Shown: piece by piece, positions 1-10,015 of the stretch
Layout: every line of letters starts with the position of its first letter
Position numbering within the stretch: the first letter of the stretch is position 1
NCBI GenBank assembly: GCA_048772705.1
Contig: JBLWGC010000230.1
Coordinates: 434,001-498,000 of the forward strand
Origin: Leidyana gryllorum EB-2025a
Taxonomy: Eukaryota > Protista > Apicomplexa
Reading direction: 5' to 3'
Length of the DNA stretch: 64,000 bases
Position numbers and translations under genes: made by a program
Notes under the pieces: model-generated
What the model saw: the letters and a program-made list of their open reading frames with translations, nothing else
Database searches by the model: none
What the model was told of the DNA's origin: nothing

Positions 1-421
1 CTGGAATGTAACCCTTCATGACAGGATCGTGCTGAAATAACCCTTGTGAGAAGATATTGAAATTGAGATTTCGCAGCCAGAAAAGCTTTGTCGAATCTTC
101 GTTCTCCCTCATGAAACGAAGCATCCCGTGATATTCAGAGGGTGCCAAAGATTCACGAGAATACCTTCTCATCGCACCCCCCACGTTCGCCTCGAAAATC
201 ATTTCAGGCCACGTTTCCTCCTTCAAGATCTGGTCCTGGCATTGCAACGCCCCAGCGGCGGCTAGATGCCGCTCATGTGGGAAGGCCCAACCCAGTTCGT
301 CATTCGAGAAGAGTGGGTAGTCCAAACCGTAACTGCTACTCAAAAGAGCTGCCCAGGCGAGACCCTCGCTGCCAAGGGGCTGACTTGAACGTCGTCCTGA
401 AAAACGAAGTCTACCTGCCAT
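1..421 (-). CDS. 5' part of a third, divergent member of the unknown tandem family; runs off the left edge of the window
   Basis: Manual translation from ATG at 421 is open to position 1: MAGRLRFSGRRSSQPLGSEGLAWAALL...GWAFPHERH...FEANVGGAMRRYSRESLAPSEYHGML...FWLRNLNFNIFSQ...KGYIP. It is collinear with the N-termini of the 754-4332 and 5754-8456 proteins (GLFLHERE; VARINGEQQTYSGCTMAPSEF; YLRNAYLGLYPE; SYWP). Confidence 0.75.
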   Translation of the reverse strand, partial: MAGRLRFSGRRSSQPLGSEGLAWAALLSSSYGLDYPLFSNDELGWAFPHERHLAAAGALQCQDQILKEETWPEMIFEANVGGAMRRYSRESLAPSEYHGMLRFMRENEDSTKLFWLRNLNFNIFSQGLFQHDPVMKGYIP

Positions 422-753
422 CGACTGTGATCGAAAATCACCAGCACAAAAAAAAGCGAGCCAGCAACAAACGAACAGTCGTACATTGGGCTTAGGTGGA
501 GAAACGATCAATAATTAACCTTTCAATGCAATGGCACATCATTTTGAACTATCCATCAAATTCAGTGATTGTTGTTGGGCTGCTGCTGTTCGTCACTCCG
601 AGCAGGGAACACCATAAGCGAGAAGCTTCCGCGCACAAAAATCCTGTCAGCACACGGCATTCTATGTCAATGAATTGCGGTCGCACAATTGTTGCTTATT
701 GCAACTTATTTGACATCCGCGATTTCTTGACTTGCTGAGTGCCCCTGGCGGCT

Positions 754-3700
754 TTACATCTTCCCTTCTGTCATAATGTCACTCAGCCATTCCGCGCCTC
801 CCGGCAAGTGAGACGACCACATATTCCAATGTATCTCAACCGGTTTCTCCGCCTTTCCTCCTTCTCGAATCTCCTTAATCTGTCCCCATCGATCAGTCTC
901 TTTCGCCACGGTCTCCGTCTGAGGAGGCTGCCGCCATCGATCAGTCTCTTTCGCCACGGTCTCCGTCTGAGGAGGCTGCCGCCATCGATCAGTCTCTTTC
1001 GCCACGGTCTCCGTCTGAGGAGGCTGCCGCCATCGATCAGTCTCTTTCGCCACGGTCTCCGTCTGGGGAGGCTGCCGCCATTGCTCAGTCTCTTTCGCCA
1101 CGGTCTCCGTCTGGGGAGGCTGCCGCCATTGCCCGTTCTTTCTTTCTCGCATAAATCGTTTGCGTTCTGATTCCCTGCGATTCGCGTTTCTGCGCCATGT
1201 AGTTGTCAACCAGGATGGTTTTCCTTTCCCCTCCCCACCCACTCTCCACTTGAGCTCTTTCTCTTCACGCTTTGGCGGCAGAGCTCGCGTAAGTGAGGCT
1301 TCGATGTCTCTATCCTCTGGCTGCTCACCAGATCCCTCTTGGCTGCGTTCCAGGTCGCAAGGGCTGGTGGCACCTGAATGCGCGCCTTCCGCACACTCGC
1401 TTGCGCTATGCCAATCAGCCTCAAGAACACTGTCCGTCTCCGTTGCTGTCAAAAAGGCCGCTTCGCACTCTGTTTCTGACTCGGAAGCGAGTCCCTCAGA
1501 GGAGCGCGTCTCAGAGGGAGACTTCTCAAACGGGAGTCCCTCAGAGGGAGACTTCTCAAACGGGAGTCCCTCAGAGGGAGATTTCTCACAGGGGAGTCCC
1601 TCAAAAGAGAGTCCCCCAAAGGGGAGTTCCTCCTCGGAGGGAAGTTCGTCCTCGCGGGGGAGTTCCCTCTCAGTGGCGTATCTCTTTGATCTCCTTGTTA
1701 GTCGAGCGAATGTGAGGACCTTGGTTGGAAGCAGATAGAGTGGGCCCAGATAGCTCGCACTGAGTGGCAACGCGTCATGTGACTCCAGTAGTACGGAGTA
1801 GATGGCTTTTTGTTGTTGGTCGGCAACGAGAAAGTACGGCTTGGTGGGATGGCTGACCAAGAAAAGGTCCTTGGAGATGCGCCAATATGAGAAAGGGGCT
1901 CTCATCATCTTGCTGTTTTGATCTTGTTCGCTGGCGAGGCGACGGCGCACTTGATTACGAAGGGTCGTAAAAAGAATTCTCTGGTCCTCGTTTAGAGGTG
2001 GATACGCTGTCACGCGCTCTCCAGCATCCCAATGTTCCATCGTTGCCTCGGACTCAGTCAATCGAATGATGTGTCCCCGAGATGTTCTCAAGTCTCTCTG
2101 GGACTCCACGAGTCGACACACCGATCGTCGCAACTTTCGCGACTGCACTATCCATTTAACCAGCTCAGATCTGTAGGGGAGGATGGCTAGACAGCCAGTC
2201 GCAGTGTCAATGACATAACTGGAATCCGGTTGATCGACATTGATACGCCAGTAGATGGGGTGCTGATCGGCTTCCGACAAACAGACAAGAGACACGCCGG
2301 GAGTCGAGCACCGGCGGTACCAAGGTGTGCCGACTTTGCATTGCGCAGATTCAGACTTTTGAGCGGATTCTTGAGCAAACTCTGCACTGGTGAGAGAATG
2401 CCACATGCTTGCGTACGCGGAGAACAAACCCTCCATTTCCTCCTGCCGACGCTGTGAGACACTTATCAAATCCGCCTCCACCGCGTCGCTGGAAACCTGA
2501 GCGGAGGAAAGTCTTCCATCTCCATCTGACAAAGGCGCTATCTCTGGTAAATCCACGCGCTCCTGTCCGTATCTTCTTCCACTCTTGCTGAATACTGCGG
2601 ACATATGCTTCCACAAACGCCTCAAAACGGGTTCCAAGTCAGACGGCTCATAAGCCAAAGCGTCAAAGTGATCCCACACAGACTTGGGCGGTGCTGGACT
2701 GCCCTCCCTGACTTGCTCCAGTAGAGAGCTAAAGTTGTCGAGATTCAGCATGTCGTATGCCCCCTTTACGGGATAGTAGGTATCCGCCGTCTCTACAGCC
2801 CCGACTGCGGGCCCGAATGGTTTCCCTTTCACAAAGTTTGAGACCAAAGTTGGGAGATCTTTCGTTCTGCCCACCTCCATAAAGCGAGGCACATTGAGGT
2901 TGGGGTCCCAAGCACCGAGACTCAAGGAATATACTTTGTGTGTTACCGGCTCGATTACCAAACAATAGGGCCGGTAGGGATGGTGGACAATAAATAACGA
3001 CGGCTTTGGCCAGCAGTCAACGAAGAAAGGCTCCATGCCCACATGGCCCTCGTACTGCGACCAAAAACCAGTCGGCTCGCCGAGGCCGTCAGCACTCATC
3101 TTCCAATAGTACGAGTGCATTGATTTTATGGATGGCAACACGGCTTCCGGGTTGCAGTGTTGGCGTGGGGCAGCAGTTTGCAGCAGTGTATGAAGCCACG
3201 CAGCCGCACGCGCCCAGCGTAGTACTTTCGGATCAGTGTGGAAGGTATGTCGGTATAGATAGAAGGATTTTCCGAATATGTTAGCTTCCGCGAAGATGTC
3301 CGGTAGTAATTTCGCGAGATGGATTCTCCAGTGGAGGGGTCCAGAGGGTCCGCCTTCGTGATCCCAAAATCCTGCCACAATATTCTGAGCCATCGCCCAA
3401 AGTCCGTGTCGATTGTTCCAAGCCTTCATCGTCCACGCTAACGCGTCGTCACTGTATTTCAACTTGATCCGAGCGCCTGTTGGGCACACGAGGAGATGAG
3501 ACTCGTCTGGATTCTTATGGTCAATGACCCAATACAGTGGACGGTCTGCCGACTTATAAAGCCATATGTACGATTTCGTTTGATCTCGGTGGACTCGGAA
3601 CCAGGGTTTTGTCGGGTGTGTGGGTGGGGCCAGCAGGCAGTGGAATTCTCGAAACGTATGAGGATCCATACTTACAAAACGCCCTTCCGGGTCGCTCGCG

Positions 3701-4332
3701 CTCACAAGAGCCTTCAACTTATCCAGAAAAGGTTTGCAGCGCCCAGCGGTCCCCTCACCGACCCATTGTGCCACACTTCCCTCAGAGTACTCCTGGAACC
3801 TCCCAACACTCAACTGCCGATGCACGGATTGCTGTTGTGGGATCTCATACGACTGATTATTCAGAGCCCCCGCCCACACATCCCTCAGAAAGGTCAACAG
3901 CCCCAATATGTCCGCCGGGTGGCGTTCGAGGGGATAGAACACGGGCCAGTATGACGCCACTCCTGGAGAATGCCCATCAGTTCCCCGCAACATCATTTCA
4001 GGGTACAATCCCAAGTAGGCGTTGCGCAGATAGCGGAGGGAAGGAGGCAGTGAGCTCATCACGCGCCGAAACTCAGAAGGGGCCATCGTGCATCCGCTGT
4101 ATGTCTGTTGCTCTCCGTTGATTCTGGCGACTACATAAGCGTTGACAGAGCCGTGCGTCGGTGCGTACCGACACATCGCGTCATCGTTCTCTCGCCTGGT
4201 CTTTTCCCTTTCATGGAGAAACAGCCCATCTTTGGTCGACGATGGCCACAACGCGATTGCAGCGAGTACAGCGGTCCCTGACAAACTTAAGGAGTGACTA
4301 GAAACTTCGTGTTTCGTGATTCTGATCCTCAT
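754..4332 (-). CDS. Intronless ~1190-aa protein of unknown function (tandem family copy 2) with repeat-rich acidic C-terminal extension
   Basis: Long uninterrupted ORF. ATG 4332 (MRIRITK) is chosen because the paralogue at 8456 starts MRIRITR. Aligns with 5754-8456 over about 900 aa. Confidence 0.85.
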   Translation of the reverse strand: MRIRITKHEVSSHSLSLSGTAVLAAIALWPSSTKDGLFLHEREKTRRENDDAMCRYAPTHGSVNAYVVARINGEQQTYSGCTMAPSEFRRVMSSLPPSLRYLRNAYLGLYPEMMLRGTDGHSPGVASYWPVFYPLERHPADILGLLTFLRDVWAGALNNQSYEIPQQQSVHRQLSVGRFQEYSEGSVAQWVGEGTAGRCKPFLDKLKALVSASDPEGRFVSMDPHTFREFHCLLAPPTHPTKPWFRVHRDQTKSYIWLYKSADRPLYWVIDHKNPDESHLLVCPTGARIKLKYSDDALAWTMKAWNNRHGLWAMAQNIVAGFWDHEGGPSGPLHWRIHLAKLLPDIFAEANIFGKSFYLYRHTFHTDPKVLRWARAAAWLHTLLQTAAPRQHCNPEAVLPSIKSMHSYYWKMSADGLGEPTGFWSQYEGHVGMEPFFVDCWPKPSLFIVHHPYRPYCLVIEPVTHKVYSLSLGAWDPNLNVPRFMEVGRTKDLPTLVSNFVKGKPFGPAVGAVETADTYYPVKGAYDMLNLDNFSSLLEQVREGSPAPPKSVWDHFDALAYEPSDLEPVLRRLWKHMSAVFSKSGRRYGQERVDLPEIAPLSDGDGRLSSAQVSSDAVEADLISVSQRRQEEMEGLFSAYASMWHSLTSAEFAQESAQKSESAQCKVGTPWYRRCSTPGVSLVCLSEADQHPIYWRINVDQPDSSYVIDTATGCLAILPYRSELVKWIVQSRKLRRSVCRLVESQRDLRTSRGHIIRLTESEATMEHWDAGERVTAYPPLNEDQRILFTTLRNQVRRRLASEQDQNSKMMRAPFSYWRISKDLFLVSHPTKPYFLVADQQQKAIYSVLLESHDALPLSASYLGPLYLLPTKVLTFARLTRRSKRYATERELPREDELPSEEELPFGGLSFEGLPCEKSPSEGLPFEKSPSEGLPFEKSPSETRSSEGLASESETECEAAFLTATETDSVLEADWHSASECAEGAHSGATSPCDLERSQEGSGEQPEDRDIEASLTRALPPKREEKELKWRVGGEGKGKPSWLTTTWRRNANRRESERKRFMRERKNGQWRQPPQTETVAKETEQWRQPPQTETVAKETDRWRQPPQTETVAKETDRWRQPPQTETVAKETDRWRQPPQTETVAKETDRWGQIKEIREGGKAEKPVEIHWNMWSSHLPGGAEWLSDIMTEGKM
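886..1133. repeat. 48-bp coding tandem repeat, about 5 copies (WRQPPQTETVAKETDR)
   Basis: Unit ccatcgatcagtctctttcgccacggtctccgtctgaggaggctgccg repeated at 886, 934, 982, 1030 and 1078 with few substitutions. Confidence 0.95.
1489..1670. repeat. Degenerate 30-bp / 18-bp coding repeats (EGLPFEKSPS, ELPxEx)
   Basis: gagtccctcagagggagacttctcaaacgg repeated and decaying outward. Confidence 0.8.
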
Positions 4333-5753
4333 TTTCACCAACCACCTTTCAACACAAAAAAATACTCGTCTGGTCGCAAATAATTGGGAATCGAGGAGGG
4401 ACCCAAAATCAAATATGTGACCCATTCTGATTTTTACCCTTCGAAAGAGGTCGCCACAGATAGACAGATAGATATATGACCCAGTTTGTAACATTCTTCA
4501 CAAGCAATCACTCATTTGCGTACTCAATGTGCTCAGCAGATTTGTTCCCAACATCTCGCGGCGTTCTTAAGGATTTCGTTACTTAATATCTGGGCATTTG
4601 GATGACGGCCTGATGACTGGCCGATACTCGCTTCTGTCCCCTACGACCCTTTGCGAAGTATCAGTCGTTACTGGGGATCGCACGTGCGTGACCAGGTCTC
4701 GGTCTCGGGTGTCGCTCCTTGGACCATTTCGAGACACGACGCTCGAGTACTTAAGCAATGATGTTCCTGGATTTCCATTAGGAACCGGAACGTTATCCGG
4801 GATTCTATGGTCTCATTGAGTACCAACCATAGTCACAATGTGACCGAGAGCACTGGTGATACGCTTGAACGAAGAACATCGTATACGCCCACCGAAGCAC
4901 TGTCACTCCACCAAAAATCTCCACGGAGGGGCGGTGACCTCCCTTATCCTACGAATTGCAGGTCATCATTACAGAGCTGCAGATTCTGTCACAGTGAGTG
5001 GAGGTACTCTCACTTGAGCCTTTTGACATATCAGTGGTGGTAATGTTGGGTGATCGTTTTCAAAGTCAGCATCTGGCTCCAGAGCCCATTCGTCCGTACC
5101 CTTTGGGTTTCTTTGACGCCGTTTTTAAGCAACTAGTCATCATAGTCAAGCACACGTTTGTGTTCGGTCCTGGTGTCTCCGGGACAGCCGGAGTGCAAAC
5201 CATCAAAATTGGTTGTAGCAAGCAACATACACATCGGACAAGGTATGGAATGTGATCACCTCAATAGCTTCGTCAGGAATGCTGCTGAGCAGCAGCAGAA
5301 CTGGGGACAGCGCAGATGGGTCACAGTCCCGGCTGCCAAAGGTATCACTTTCGGCAGCAACGCTAATCACATCGTTTTAAAAAGTGGCACATACCTTGTG
5401 GCTGGTCGCGAACCACCACGTAAGCTTTTCCATTTCACTCCACCATAAACTGTCGGTTTTATGGTTGAGTGACATCATCTCAATTTCCTAGCACCTTATG
5501 CGAGCGCCTGAGCAGATCTTGTCCAGCCCCCGCTCAGGAAGCGAAATCACAGATTGATACTCAAACACACTCTCCATTCTCTCGCTTTCACTATTGCTCT
5601 GCTGCGCACATTCCCTCGATCTCGAATTCGCCCGCCTCACCCTACGCTTCGGCGCAAGGGGCATGCATCTTAGATCAGCTTTGCCCGATTCACATCTTCG
5701 CAGCCGGTGTGGCAATGAGGCTCGGCATTATGAATCAAAATTGCTGTCAAGGG

Positions 5754-8456
5754 TCACCGAGGTGACTCCCGGCGGCTTGATCGCCTCCGAGCACGCACAA
5801 AAGCGGATATCTTAAACGGGAGCTCCTTAAGAAAGCCGATAAAGGTTGTTACGGGCATCTCCGCCCCCGGCTGCGGAGGCTTGAAAGACAGGGAGTGTAT
5901 GGCTTTGTGCCGCATGTCGACGACAAGACAATAGTCTTGAGCAGGATGGCTAACAATGATCAGTTCTTCAGGCAGTTGAGACCACGAGAAGGGTGAATTC
6001 ATCAAATTGCTCTTCTTTGTCTGCTCCGTCGCGAACCGCTCAGGCAACCGATCGCTGAGGCTTCTGAGCAAAGCCCTTTGCTTTTCATCGAGACGTCGAC
6101 GAGGTGCAGTGGATTTCACGGGCTCTCTGAGTTCCGACTGTTCAATCGTAAATTTTGACTCATTTAGTCGAATGATGTGTCCCGCGAATTCAGTCGCGCT
6201 TCTTACCGAACCTACGAGTCGACACAGCGACTGTCGCAACTCTCGCGACCTCACTATCCATTCAATTTTGTCATATTCGTAGGGAAGGGCGACTTGATAG
6301 CCAGTCGCGGTGTCAATGACATAACTGGCTTCCGGTTGAGCGAAATTGATACGCCAGTAGATTGGGTGCTGATCGGATTCCGACAAACAAAGGAGAGACA
6401 CGCCGGGAGTCGAGCACCGGCGGTACCAAGGTGTGCCGACTTTGCATTGCGCAGGTTCACCAATTTCTGCGAGTTCGCTGAAAGCTCCTTCACTGACGGG
6501 AAATGTCCACAAACTCGCGTGCTCGGCCAGTAGTGTCTCCATTTTCGCCCGTGAATTTCCTTCTCGATTGGTCAGCCATCTCACATTCTCCACCGCCTCG
6601 CTGGACTCCTGGACAGAAGAGTCTTCTTCTTCTGACGAAGGCGCTGTCTCCCAGATCGGCGAGAGGTCCAAGTGTTGCACTCCTTCTTCGTGTCCCTTGT
6701 GGCTCCATTGAACCCAAATACGCCTCAAAATGGGTTCCAAGTCAGACGGCTCACAAGTCAAATTCTCAAAGTGATCCCACACAGATTTGGGCGGTGCTGG
6801 ACTGCCCTTCCTGAATTCATCCAGGAGAGAGCTCCACCTCCACCCCCCAAGACCCAGAATCTCGCACGCCTTCTTCACTGGGCCGTATCCAGTCGCCCTT
6901 CTTAAACCCCCGACTGCGGGCCCGAATGGTTTTCCTTTGACAAAACTTGAGATCAAAGTCGGGAGATCTCTGGTTCTGCCGACCTCCATAACGCGAGGCG
7001 CGTGGCCCTTGAGACCCCAGGCACCGAGACTCAAGGAATATACTTTGTGTGTCATTTTCTCGATGATTAAACAATACGGGCGGTGGGGATGGTGGATAAT
7101 AAGCAGTGGCTGCGGCGGTCGGTCCATCGATGTCGACTGCTGTGCCTCCCAGAGGTCGATGAAGAATGGGTGTTGGTCCAACCGGCCCTCAAAGTCCTTC
7201 CAATAACCCGTCGGCCTGCCGAGGCCGTCAGCACTTACTTGCCGATAGTGCTGTTGGATTGATGCGATGCCCGGTAGCACGGATTCCGGGTTGCAGTGGA
7301 GGCGTGGGGCAGCAGTTTGTAGCAGTGTATGAAGCCACGCAGCTGCATGCACCCATCGGAGCGGGTCCGGGCAAGAGGGTTTGTTAGTTCGATATAAGTA
7401 GAATGATTTCCCCATCATGTTGGCCTCCGCAAACAGGTCCTCTGCGTCGTTTGTGATGTGTATTCTCCATCGGAGGGGTCCAGTGGGTCCGCCTTCGTAG
7501 TCCCAATACCCCGTTACCAGTTTCTGTGCCATTTCCGATACCAACTGTCGATGCCTCCGATTTTTCAATAGAGTTTGCAACACACCGTCAGTGTATTTCA
7601 AGTTGATCCGAGCACCTGTTGGCAGCACGAGGAGATGAGATTCGTCTGGATCGTTGTGGTCAATGACCCAATATAATGGCCCCTGTTTGTCTGAGTATAG
7701 CCATATGTAAGACTTTCTCAGATCTCGGTGGACTCGGAACCAGGGTTTTGTCTCGTCTGTGGGTGGGGCCAGCGAGCAGTAAAATTCTCGAAACATATGA
7801 GGATCCTCGACAACAATACTCATTTTCTTAGTACTCAAAATCTTCAACAATTTATGAAGAAAGACTTTGTGACGCTCATCAGCAGTCCCCACACCGACCC
7901 ACGTTGCCACATCGCTGTTAGAGTACGTCGCGCTCACTCCGTATATCGGAGTCGGATTCGTAGATGGGTCATTTGGAGAACTCTGATCATTCAAAGCTCG
8001 CCACCACACATCTTTCAGAAAAGTCAATAGCCCCAATACGTCGACTGGGTTTCTGTCAAGAGGATAAAACACGGGCCAATATGCCTCTGTCGCAGAACCA
8101 TCGGCTCCTTCCAACACACGGTCAGGATACAGCCCTAATTGATAGTTGCGAAGATACGGCAGGGAAGGCTCCTTCAACAGGCGACCAAGCTGACAGGGTG
8201 CCATCGTCTCTGCATTATGTATGTGTGCCTGTGCGTTGATCGCGCTCATCACATAACCGTCCATGGGCCCGTGGCGCCCAGGTACAACTGTCAGAATCTG
8301 GTCTTTCGTCACCGAAGACGGCTCGTCCGCGTTTTCATGGAGGAACAGCCCCTCTGTGGTCAACAACGGAGGAAAAGCGAGTACAGCGAGCAGGCGTTCA
8401 ATCGAACAGTGGGAAGAACTCCTGAGAGTCTCTTGTCTCGTGATCCTGATCCTCAT
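5754..8456 (-). CDS. Intronless 900-aa protein of unknown function (tandem family copy 1)
   Basis: Uninterrupted ORF. Shares long blocks with 754-4332, e.g. YWPVFYPL, KPWFRVHRD, AAAWLHTLLQTAAPR, KVYSLSLGAW, FVKGKPFGPAVG, AQCKVGTPWYRRCSTPGVSL. Confidence 0.88.
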   Translation of the reverse strand: MRIRITRQETLRSSSHCSIERLLAVLAFPPLLTTEGLFLHENADEPSSVTKDQILTVVPGRHGPMDGYVMSAINAQAHIHNAETMAPCQLGRLLKEPSLPYLRNYQLGLYPDRVLEGADGSATEAYWPVFYPLDRNPVDVLGLLTFLKDVWWRALNDQSSPNDPSTNPTPIYGVSATYSNSDVATWVGVGTADERHKVFLHKLLKILSTKKMSIVVEDPHMFREFYCSLAPPTDETKPWFRVHRDLRKSYIWLYSDKQGPLYWVIDHNDPDESHLLVLPTGARINLKYTDGVLQTLLKNRRHRQLVSEMAQKLVTGYWDYEGGPTGPLRWRIHITNDAEDLFAEANMMGKSFYLYRTNKPSCPDPLRWVHAAAWLHTLLQTAAPRLHCNPESVLPGIASIQQHYRQVSADGLGRPTGYWKDFEGRLDQHPFFIDLWEAQQSTSMDRPPQPLLIIHHPHRPYCLIIEKMTHKVYSLSLGAWGLKGHAPRVMEVGRTRDLPTLISSFVKGKPFGPAVGGLRRATGYGPVKKACEILGLGGWRWSSLLDEFRKGSPAPPKSVWDHFENLTCEPSDLEPILRRIWVQWSHKGHEEGVQHLDLSPIWETAPSSEEEDSSVQESSEAVENVRWLTNREGNSRAKMETLLAEHASLWTFPVSEGAFSELAEIGEPAQCKVGTPWYRRCSTPGVSLLCLSESDQHPIYWRINFAQPEASYVIDTATGYQVALPYEYDKIEWIVRSRELRQSLCRLVGSVRSATEFAGHIIRLNESKFTIEQSELREPVKSTAPRRRLDEKQRALLRSLSDRLPERFATEQTKKSNLMNSPFSWSQLPEELIIVSHPAQDYCLVVDMRHKAIHSLSFKPPQPGAEMPVTTFIGFLKELPFKISAFVRARRRSSRRESPR

Positions 8457-9382
8457 ATGATCTCCTCCCGCGGCGCTCCCGACAATTTTATGAGAAATTA
8501 TTTCACCGTCCGCCTGAAAAATCGGCAGCCACGGTGACGAATTCTTCGTACAACACGCCGTCGTCAGAGACGCTCTAGTCGACTCCCGCTGCGGCCATCT
8601 AAAGTACAGTCAGGCGCATATCAGATGACTTGGAGCGTAGTAAATCAGTATGAGCACCGCCTGATACTCCTCTCCTCTCCTCTCCGTCGTCAAGTCGGTG
8701 GGGGACTGAATACCAATTCGCCATCTTTGACAGTACTCTTTTGCTGTCTCGGCCGAAATAATCATCTCCGCATGAAAACTCAACGTCAATGTCCGCAATG
8801 TGGTAATGCACCAAACCCCACCGACGGAAGCGATGGTTCCGGAGAAAGCGGACAATTTGTCTGTCACCAGTCCCCACGAACTCCGGCCTCGAAGAGAGAA
8901 AAATGACCATTCAGCATAGACGGTTTCAATGAGAGGGCACAAAGTGAAATCGGAAATAATACCACCATAGATAGCTCCCTCGCATTTAGCGCATTCCGAT
9001 GTCCGCCAGACAGAGCAGTTCCACCCCGTATAACGAGTGCAATGGTGGCAGACATTGCGCGGGCGGTTCCTTAGATCACTGTTAGATCGAAAAGTGGCCG
9101 CGGCATGCGTGTGTGTCTATCAATTCCAGGCGGAAGAGGACTCTATAGACTGAGTCAATGAGATGAGCGCGAATTCACTGCAAATTTGGGGTCGGCGGCT
9201 GAGCTCAGTAGTTCGAAATTTTTCAGTTTCGGCTGAGCAAAATGTAGGGAGACACCGGTTATTTGAGGCCACATCTCGACTTGGCATGGAGATCGAAGTT
9301 GACTTTCAAAGAGTTGAGCAATATTTACGTTATTGAACAAATTACTTCTCAACACTGAATCAAAAAAGTTGACAGACAGATC

Positions 9383-9871
9383 TCAAAGAGGGGTGATACC
9401 ATGGGTGCCTGGAACTAGAGGAGGATACTGGGGGTTGAACCCACCGGGTTGCTGGTTGCCGTAGCCAGGCTGCTGGCCACCGTAGCCGGGTTGGTTGCCA
9501 TAGCCGGGCTGCTGTTGATTGCCATAACCGCCTTGTTGTTGATTGCCATAGCCAAAGCCGGGGTTCTGGTTTCCTCCGAAGCCTGGTTGCGGGGGAGGAG
9601 CGTTCCAGTTGCCGCCCGGTCCATGAGGAGGTGGGCCCTGGTGATGAGGCGGCGGCGGCATGCAATGACCCGGAGGAGGGGGCATCTGGCCTTGGTTGTC
9701 AGTAGTAGGCGGGACGTAGAATCCGTTGTTGCCGGCATTGTTGTTGTTGTTAGGCGGGGGGCACATACCAGGACCTCCCATTGGCGGGGGCTGATGATGA
9801 TGGGGCGGGGGAGGCATGTTGTTGTTGTAGCCGCCGTTGTTCCATTGGCCGTTGTTAGGATTCTGATACAT
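9383..9871 (-). CDS. Small Pro/Gly/Asn/Gln/His-rich low-complexity protein (162 aa)
   Basis: MYQNPNNGQWNNGG...PPMGGPGMCPPP...GYGNQQ repeats...VPGTHGITPL*. Paralogous to 10016-10399. Confidence 0.8.
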   Translation of the reverse strand: MYQNPNNGQWNNGGYNNNMPPPPHHHQPPPMGGPGMCPPPNNNNNAGNNGFYVPPTTDNQGQMPPPPGHCMPPPPHHQGPPPHGPGGNWNAPPPQPGFGGNQNPGFGYGNQQQGGYGNQQQPGYGNQPGYGGQQPGYGNQQPGGFNPQYPPLVPGTHGITPL

Positions 9872-10015
9872 CTTCGAGCAACCAAGTAACACACGAGTAA
9901 GCAAGTCTGATCTACAATTAAGCTTGAATAATATAGGTTTGGGACATTTGGATGTGTGTGTGGCGCCTCCGCTTTGGATTGGCGTTTTGTAATATTGTAG
10001 CAAAGCAAAGCAAAG

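Noticed and set aside
886-1133. 48-bp repeats as a CRISPR array
   Set aside because: The units are contiguous with no unique spacers, the length is a multiple of 3 inside an ORF, and there are no cas genes in this eukaryotic context.
4333-4494. N-terminal 54-aa extension of the 1246-aa ORF
   Set aside because: The paralogue begins at the equivalent of ATG 4332; the extension is AT-rich and has no counterpart.
1-8456. Tandem unknown genes as transposons or an integrated virus
   Set aside because: I could see no transposase, RT, integrase, helicase or capsid motifs, and no terminal repeats or target-site duplications.
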